The notes under the pieces: model-generated
Seen by the model: only the letters and a program-made list of their open reading frames with translations
Told to the model about the DNA's origin: nothing
Databases searched by the model: none
DNA from: a virus
Virus genome (UHGV): UHGV-1789726
Length of the DNA: 12,502 nucleotides
Direction: 5' to 3' (one strand)
Part shown: one piece after another, positions 7,224 through 12,502 of the stretch
How the letters are laid out: each line of letters begins with the position of its first letter
How positions within the stretch are numbered: the first letter of the stretch is position 1
Program-made: the position numbers and the translations under genes

Positions 7224-8542
7224 TGGCGACATGGCAACTTGGCGGGCTGCCTAGCATGGCACCGCAAAATGATAATGCTCCTCGTTCTTCCGTTCCTCAG
7301 CCTGTGCAGTATCAGCAGCAGCCAAACGTAGGTTTAATGGCGCTACAGGGGCTAAGAGGCGTTGCTGAGATTAATCAGCAGGCGCAAATTTCCCAGCAGC
7401 TAAAAGAATATCAGGCACGGTTGGGTAGTGCGGTAGCTAATAATGATCGTGTTGGCGTGCAGAAGTTAATGGCCCAGTATCCCCAGTTTATGGCTGATTC
7501 TCAAAAACAGATGGGATTCATTGATGCTGAGCAAAATCGGCAGACCGCTGACGCTGCCATGAATCTGCGTCTTGCGTCACAAACTGGAGATCCACTGACC
7601 ATGCAGAAGGCCATTCAGCAGGCAAATCCAGTATTACAGCGATTTGGTCTTCCTGCTGAAGAGGTTTATCAGTCTTGGCAGAATGACCCACAGGAATTCA
7701 ACAGAATCACTGACCTCATCCACCTCCATGCTGATCCAAATAGTTACTTTAGTGTTCAAGAGAAGCAGCAAGGGCAGAGTATTGCACAGCAGAACGCAGA
7801 TACATCTGCATATAATGCTCAGGTTAATGCGGAGCAGGGTAATCGGCGGCTCGATATGGAGCAGTTCAAAGTCCTATCCGATAACCAACTACGCACGAGA
7901 GAAATGGTTCTGAAAGCACGACTTGGACGTGCTCAAAATGACATCGAGAGAGACAAGCTCAATGCTGAACTGAGCAAGGTACAGCAGGCGAAAGTGGAGA
8001 AGATGAACGATAAAATTAATACTGTTGCAGGTAATATCGACTCCTTGAACTCTGCGCTTGAAGTGGGTCATGAACTGGCGGGAATTGTAGGGAAACATCC
8101 TTCGGCCGTTACCCGTTCGCAGAACTATAACCCCCTGACGCTGGGGTTTGGATTCCTCCCTGATGTAGCAGAAGACACACGAAGCCTACGCGCCAAAGCT
8201 GATGAATACAACCTAAAGGTTATTCTGCCTAGCCTAAAAGGTACTTTTGGCTCTAACCCAACCGAAGGGGAAAGGGCTGCCCTTATGCAATCTCAAAATG
8301 GCATTAAGTCAGCAACCAGCAATGAGGCATTTTTGCGAGAGTTGAATAAAGCGCAGGACGTAATTATTCGAATGCAGAAACGACAGATTGCCGGGCTCGG
8401 TATTCCTGTAACCAAATCTAAGGACGAAGAAACTGATACCAAAATGCTGTTGCAGGATCCTTCACTGGTTAAGGATTATGTGACCGCACATGGCTATCTG
8501 CCGGAAAGTTACTATCAGGCAAAACTTAAGGGATGGCAATGA
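7223..8542 (+). CDS. Gln-rich, predicted helical/coiled-coil protein, 439 aa; internal-virion/ejection-protein-like
   Basis: Long ORF coupled at both ends; Q/A/N-rich composition. Confidence 0.8.
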   Translation: MATWQLGGLPSMAPQNDNAPRSSVPQPVQYQQQPNVGLMALQGLRGVAEINQQAQISQQLKEYQARLGSAVANNDRVGVQKLMAQYPQFMADSQKQMGFIDAEQNRQTADAAMNLRLASQTGDPLTMQKAIQQANPVLQRFGLPAEEVYQSWQNDPQEFNRITDLIHLHADPNSYFSVQEKQQGQSIAQQNADTSAYNAQVNAEQGNRRLDMEQFKVLSDNQLRTREMVLKARLGRAQNDIERDKLNAELSKVQQAKVEKMNDKINTVAGNIDSLNSALEVGHELAGIVGKHPSAVTRSQNYNPLTLGFGFLPDVAEDTRSLRAKADEYNLKVILPSLKGTFGSNPTEGERAALMQSQNGIKSATSNEAFLRELNKAQDVIIRMQKRQIAGLGIPVTKSKDEETDTKMLLQDPSLVKDYVTAHGYLPESYYQAKLKGWQ

Positions 8543-11259
8543 TGGCACAACTGACAGAAAAACAGAAAGCCTATTCCCGTCATCTCGATGAAAAATATGG
8601 TTTCCCATCAGGGACGATGGAAACATTAGTTGGCAATGAATCTAGTGGTAACGGAAGTGCCGAGTCACCGAAAGGAGCTAGAGGATTTGCTCAACTGATG
8701 CCCTCAGTAATGAGTGATGCTGGTTATCGTGGAACAGATCCGCGCTCACTGCCATTTGAAAAGCAAATGGATATCGCAGCAAACCATCTCAATAAAGGAA
8801 TGAAGCGATTTGGTGATATAGGTATGGCATTGGCTGGGTATAATTCTGGCTATGCTCGTATTAATGCCGTAAGAAACGGTAAATCTACACTGCCAGATGA
8901 AACGGCTAATTACGTAAGTAAATTTGCAGATGCCGGAATAATCCCTGATGACAGTGAAATCTTGCAGTTTGCACAAACCAGTCAACATCGCAATCTTCAG
9001 CAGCCTGACTACTCAGAGCTTGATAAAGAAATCTCTCAGGTGGGAGATATTTCTGCATGGGAAGCAAAACGTCAGCAATTTAAGAACATAGAAGCAGGAC
9101 TACCAACAGCCAGTTCATGGGAGCAGAAAAGAGCTCAGTTTCTCGCCGATGAAAATGCCGGGGAACCGCAGCAGCAAGTAGCCAAGTCTAACCTTAATCC
9201 TGAGATGGAATATCTTTCGCCAGGACTGAAAGCTGCGCCAGAGCAGATGGCCAGAGGGATTGCTAATATACCGTTTGATGTAATGGACGCAGGCGTGGGG
9301 GTAGTCAATGCGGCGCAATCAGCCGGAGCATGGGCAGCTCAGAAGCTTGGTGTGGGTGATGGCACATACACGCCCATATCACCTGTCTTTCGCCCAGTAG
9401 ACCAACCTACAGATCCATACGCGCAGGCTGGTGAGCAGCTAGCACCTTACCTTATTACAGGATTAGGTGCAGGAAAGGCAGCTACCGCAGCTTCTTCAGT
9501 TGCCAACGCTCCACGTGCTGAACGTGCGGCCACAAAGGTGGCTAGTATGTTGGCAGAAAACCTGCCAGGTACATTGGTGAACGCCCAAAAGAACGGGCAG
9601 ATCAGCCCAGAAGACCTAGCAAAAGAGACAGGTATTGGCCTAGCAGGATCGCTAGGAGCACGCGCTTTAATAAAGAGCGGACAGACAGCCAGTGACGTAA
9701 TGCGAGATGTATTGCGGAGTAATACAAATCAATCAGGCCATGTGTTAGGGGCAGCAAATACTCTGGAAACCGCCAATGATGTATCGAAAGCAGCGCGTTC
9801 TGCCGTAGGCCGAGAGCATATCGCATCGCAGGCATCAAACGTCAGAGATGATGTCGCTAAGGCGGCGAAAATCACTGGTATTAATATCAACACCCTGACG
9901 CCTGGAATGCGCTCAGGTAGTCGTGGAATTGCCCAAGCAGAAGGTGTTCTGGCATCAACTCCTGGGAATGTTCAGGATGCTCACCTTACGGCCTTCAATG
10001 AAATATCCTCAAAGTTGAATAAGCAGTTGTCTGATTTCGGTGCTGAGTCTGGAAGCGCATCAGAAAAAAGCGCAGCAATTAAAGAGCGCATCATCGCGAG
10101 CCTCAGTGATATGAAAACAGCAGAGAATATGGCATGGGCAGAACTGCGAAGCACGATGCCACGCGAAAGGATGAAAATGAGTAATGGGATGGCTGTCGTC
10201 CAAGCAGAAAAAGCAGCCAATGTTCCACTCAGCCCGGAGATGAAACAGTTTCAGGCTGCCAACAACCAAGGTGGCGGCATAACCTTCGACGGGATGAAGG
10301 CATGGCGTGCTAAGTTTGCTGATGCTGAACAAGCAAACACCCGGGCAGGTAAGGCCAATGCCGCCCGGATTGCCGGAGAAATGCGCAGAGCTATCACTGA
10401 TGACATGCGCATCATGGCTGAAAAAGGAAACTTCCTCACAGAATGGCAGAAAGCTAACGATCTCTCTAAAAGTTACATTATCGCCAAACAAAATGCCGAA
10501 TCTGTTTTTGGTCGAGATCTCGCATCAGACGCTATGGTAAGAAAAGGTGCCGATACGCTTAAGGCATCCGCAAACACTGGAACTGGAGCTTTTCACCGTC
10601 TTATCTCCGCGCTGCCGGAAGCAGAACGCCAACCAGCAATAGCATCTATTCTTCAGCATGCTGTGGCGCAGGGAGAGAAGGGAGGAATCGGTGAAGAGTC
10701 TGGTATCCAGTATTTTGCCAAGCTCATGACCCAGCAGAATGTAAACGCCATCAGTCGTCATGCGCCAGATCTCGGTAGAATGATGAAAGAGTTCGGTGTA
10801 CTCGCTAAAGCCAGCACCAGACCGCAGCGATACGTAGAGCGCACGGGAAGAACAACTGAGGCTCTCAAAACGCTCGATTCAGGCCTTCCAAAGATCGTCG
10901 GCGTGATTATGAACGGAGTTCAACAGTCAGGTGCGATCGCTGGAGGCTTTGGCGGTGGTGTAATTGGTTCGATTAGTGGTTTGGTTGCTGGTGGCGCGCT
11001 GAGAAATACTGTGGCTAAGATTGGGGCGACAAGAAGTGGTAGGTATGCGATAGAGAAAGCCGTTCAGGAAGCTACAAAAGCAGTGCGCGCAGGGGCATCA
11101 CCAGCAGCGATCGCCGCAGCAGAGAAACGATTTTCGGCCAATAAAATTGCCATGAAAGCAATTCGTGATGCCGTTGGGGCTGAAGAATTCGTGAAACTGA
11201 CAAGGGCCGGGATTGTAGCTACCCTCAGTGGCATGAAAGATGTTAGCGAATGGGAATAG
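8533..11259 (+). CDS. Large protein, 908 aa, with N-terminal family-1 lytic transglycosylase (SLT) motif set and a glycine-zipper segment near the C-terminus
   Basis: Motifs E-S (GNESSGN, nt ~8638), G-x-x-Q (GARGFAQLMP, nt ~8692), A-Y-N-x-G (ALAGYNSGYA, nt ~8839); GAIAGGFGGGVIGSISGLVAGGA at nt ~10900-11000. Start may be 8533, 8539 or 8542; AAGGGA at 8526-8531 favours 8539. Confidence 0.85.
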   Translation: MAMMAQLTEKQKAYSRHLDEKYGFPSGTMETLVGNESSGNGSAESPKGARGFAQLMPSVMSDAGYRGTDPRSLPFEKQMDIAANHLNKGMKRFGDIGMALAGYNSGYARINAVRNGKSTLPDETANYVSKFADAGIIPDDSEILQFAQTSQHRNLQQPDYSELDKEISQVGDISAWEAKRQQFKNIEAGLPTASSWEQKRAQFLADENAGEPQQQVAKSNLNPEMEYLSPGLKAAPEQMARGIANIPFDVMDAGVGVVNAAQSAGAWAAQKLGVGDGTYTPISPVFRPVDQPTDPYAQAGEQLAPYLITGLGAGKAATAASSVANAPRAERAATKVASMLAENLPGTLVNAQKNGQISPEDLAKETGIGLAGSLGARALIKSGQTASDVMRDVLRSNTNQSGHVLGAANTLETANDVSKAARSAVGREHIASQASNVRDDVAKAAKITGININTLTPGMRSGSRGIAQAEGVLASTPGNVQDAHLTAFNEISSKLNKQLSDFGAESGSASEKSAAIKERIIASLSDMKTAENMAWAELRSTMPRERMKMSNGMAVVQAEKAANVPLSPEMKQFQAANNQGGGITFDGMKAWRAKFADAEQANTRAGKANAARIAGEMRRAITDDMRIMAEKGNFLTEWQKANDLSKSYIIAKQNAESVFGRDLASDAMVRKGADTLKASANTGTGAFHRLISALPEAERQPAIASILQHAVAQGEKGGIGEESGIQYFAKLMTQQNVNAISRHAPDLGRMMKEFGVLAKASTRPQRYVERTGRTTEALKTLDSGLPKIVGVIMNGVQQSGAIAGGFGGGVIGSISGLVAGGALRNTVAKIGATRSGRYAIEKAVQEATKAVRAGASPAAIAAAEKRFSANKIAMKAIRDAVGAEEFVKLTRAGIVATLSGMKDVSEWE

Positions 11260-11409
11260 ACGCTCTAACTAACAAAACCATAATAGCCAAGGACGGCATA
11301 CTGATATTGAGCCAACTATCAAAATTCCATATCACATTACGGGCCTGTGGCTTACATTCGCTTACAGTGATGATAATTTATAACCACGCAATTCTTAGGT
11401 GAGATTATC

Positions 11410-12108
11410 ATGATTAAAAATCTTCTTTTAATATTATCCCTGTCATTATTGGCTGGATGCGTACAAAAACCGTTAGTAACGGTCAATGCTTTATCTTCCG
11501 GGCAATCTGTCGGTAAGAAGTTCTTGATCATCCCCGCAAGCCAAGAACTTTGGAACACCAAACAGATTGAATACACTCAAATAGCTACGGTAGTAGCCGC
11601 CAGTTTATCAAGCCAAGGATATACACAAGTTAAAGATGAAAAATTGGCTGACCAGGTAATTCTCTTGAACTTTTTGAGAAGCGGGGCCATTTCAAATACT
11701 CGTAATGTAACCATCCCAATATACGGGCAAACTGGTGTGAGCTCAGCAACAACGTACGGAAACTCGAACACCACGTTCAATAGTTATGGTGGTGGCTACG
11801 GTACAGCTAATACCACTGGAACGGCAACAACAGTTTATACGCCTACTTATGGAATTACTGGCGCGTATAACACAACTGTGACGGACACGTTCTACGGCGC
11901 AGGGGTGATACTCCAGTCGTTTGATGCCAAGGCTTATCTCAATAATAGGCAGATTAATATGTTATGGAAAGTTGGTAGCTCAGTCGTCTCGCAACAGTCT
12001 GATGGAATTGCTGATTACAAGGGGTTGGCGAGAATAGCCGCTAGCTATGCCGGGAAAAATACAGAAGGTGATATAACTTTTAATGTTGACCCTAAAGCAC
12101 CAAATTAA
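11410..12108 (+). CDS. Putative lipoprotein, 232 aa, with Thr/Gly/Tyr/Asn-rich central region
   Basis: AGGTGA 7 nt before ATG 11410; signal peptide plus lipobox MIKNLLLILSLSLLAGC. Region looks more AT-rich than the rest by eye. Confidence 0.8.
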   Translation: MIKNLLLILSLSLLAGCVQKPLVTVNALSSGQSVGKKFLIIPASQELWNTKQIEYTQIATVVAASLSSQGYTQVKDEKLADQVILLNFLRSGAISNTRNVTIPIYGQTGVSSATTYGNSNTTFNSYGGGYGTANTTGTATTVYTPTYGITGAYNTTVTDTFYGAGVILQSFDAKAYLNNRQINMLWKVGSSVVSQQSDGIADYKGLARIAASYAGKNTEGDITFNVDPKAPN

Positions 12109-12115
12109 CTAATAA

Positions 12116-12137
12116 GCCCGGTACGCCGGGCATTTAT
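12116..12137 (+). terminator. Weak terminator-like hairpin after the lipoprotein gene
   Basis: GCCCGG (12116-12121) / CCGGGC (12126-12131) with a TACG loop, followed by ATTTAT; T-tract is poor. Confidence 0.35.
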
Positions 12138-12236
12138 GCCCCTATTATTCATGAATCGCTTTTTCTAGAAGGTATGCGACAAACGTTAAGTGACATTGCC
12201 TACACATTCGGGGCGGGATTTCAAATCCGCTCCCAG

Positions 12237-12408
12237 TTGATGGGGGGCGTTACAGTACGCGCATATCCGCTTTATGTGAAACAGGAAGATTTTTCTGATA
12301 TCACTGCCACAGCAAAACACCAATTTCGTGACCAGTACGCGCGCGAGGGGTATCAGTTGCAAAAAATTTTGCAACTACGTCCGACCAGTACGCACACGAT
12401 GGCGGGGG
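12237..12408. repeat. Repeat-rich noncoding region: three copies of CAGTACGC, two longer direct repeats flanking a 20-bp palindrome
   Basis: CAGTACGC at 12253-12260, 12333-12340, 12386-12393; GACCAGTACGC at 12330-12340 and 12383-12393; palindrome GTTGCAAAA-AA-TTTTGCAAC at 12356-12375; GATGG(G/C)GGGG at 12237-12247 and 12398-12408. Confidence 0.45.
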
Positions 12409-12502
12409 ATACCATAAAACTGTTCTCTACATGAGACAGAGTGGTGGTGAACCGCCCCGGGAATCCTGGAGACTAAACTTCCTGAGAAAGAGGTAAACAG
12501 GA

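Noticed and set aside
12211-12236. Possible tRNA or tmRNA 3' fragment (GGGCGGGATTTCAAATCCGCTCCCA) as an att remnant
   Set aside because: A TTCAAAT-like loop is present but the flanking stems pair at only 3 of 5 positions and there is no acceptor/CCA arrangement; could be a degenerate relic but cannot be supported without the cognate tRNA.
12174-12434. 86-aa + strand ORF at the window end
   Set aside because: It spans the repeat and palindrome array, has no clear RBS, and its reading frame looks repeat-driven.
1-12502. CRISPR array, rRNA genes, transposase or IS elements
   Set aside because: No regularly spaced repeats of 25-40 bp, no rRNA-like sequence, and no terminal inverted repeats flanking a transposase-like ORF were seen.

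Overview
All convincing genes are on the + strand. The window reads as the replication/early end of a P4- or PICI-type satellite-like integrative element, followed by an unexpected cassette. Bases 1-203 are a structured leader with a candidate promoter. Bases 204-2585 hold eight translationally coupled small genes, the first Icd/Kil-like. Bases 2572-5328 encode a primase-helicase of about 918 aa with a zinc ribbon, TOPRIM and P-loop domain. Directly downstream (5354-5464) is an iteron-type candidate origin, then a noncoding stretch ending in a rho-independent terminator (5785-5817). A separately promoted operon follows (5913-11259): an unannotated 53-aa RHH-like ORF plus four genes of 153, 225, 439 and 908 aa, the largest carrying an N-terminal lytic transglycosylase motif set. 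Its order, sizes and composition resemble a podovirus internal-virion/ejection-protein cassette, yet no capsid, portal, tail or terminase gene is in the window. This pairing is the most interesting thing here. A lipoprotein gene (11410-12108) and a repeat-rich noncoding tail (12200-12410) close the window. No rRNA, CRISPR array or convincing tRNA was found. Every family assignment comes from motifs read by eye and recalled family knowledge; no database search was run.
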